Assembly (NCBI RefSeq): GCF_947489035.1
Contig: NZ_CANLCI010000003.1
Location: 155,533 to 219,532 of the forward strand
Direction: 5' to 3'
Origin: an uncultured Ferrimonas sp.
GTDB taxonomy: Bacteria; Pseudomonadota; Gammaproteobacteria; Enterobacterales; Shewanellaceae
DNA: 64,000 nt
The position numbers and the translations under genes were made by a program. The notes beneath the pieces were generated by a model. The model made no database searches. It was not told the DNA's origin and saw nothing but the letters and a program-made list of their open reading frames with translations. Positions 63,897 to 64,000 of this stretch are shown in pieces; positions within the stretch are counted from its first letter, which is position 1, and each line of letters starts with the position of its first letter.

Positions 63897-64000
63897 CGAA
63901 TAATCAATGAACGATGCAGCGACCAGCGTTGCAGCGGCTTAATCATGCGCGAGTGACGCTGTTCATCACAAGGTTACCCTCACAAAAAAGGCCAGCAGAT

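Overview
This window looks like a gammaproteobacterial (Vibrionales-like) chromosomal core region with roughly 50-55% GC by eye. About 55 protein genes are densely packed. The left two thirds follow the enterobacterial/vibrio housekeeping order: serS, crcB, rarA, lolA, ftsK, lrp, (ald), trxB, cydDC, aat, bpt, infA, clpA, clpS, cspD, icd, rluE, mnmA, hflD, purB, roxA. Two exported glycoside hydrolases (GH9, GH2) sit before this block. After it come less conserved genes: a Leu-type dehydrogenase, CAP-domain, YbjN-like, gloA, DUF1294, YgjV-like, truC, an amidohydrolase, an FAD oxidoreductase, a lipoprotein and a HAD-fused membrane protein. Then come one tRNA-Ser(UGA), an MCP, hrpA, an RND pump pair, folE, a large FAD/Fe-S D-lactate-dehydrogenase-type enzyme, hmgA, an RNase H with a hybrid-binding domain, and a DUF2157/GDYXXLXY pair. 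I found no rRNA, CRISPR array, IS element, integrase, prophage or recognisable defence or toxin-antitoxin genes. I cannot point to a convincing new multi-gene system. Four signals are not explained by the ORF track. (1) A decaying 170-bp tandem array sits behind tRNA-Ser, and each unit carries a truncated tRNA 3' end, a terminator and an acceptor-stem-like structured module. (2) A 28-codon YnhF/CydH-like membrane ORF is missing from the ORF track. (3) A perfect 18-bp-arm hairpin lies between that ORF and gloA. (4) A tRNA-proximal three-gene cluster of unknown function encodes a HAD-membrane fusion, a lipoprotein and an FAD oxidoreductase. All functional calls rest on motif and family recognition by eye. 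No searches were run.
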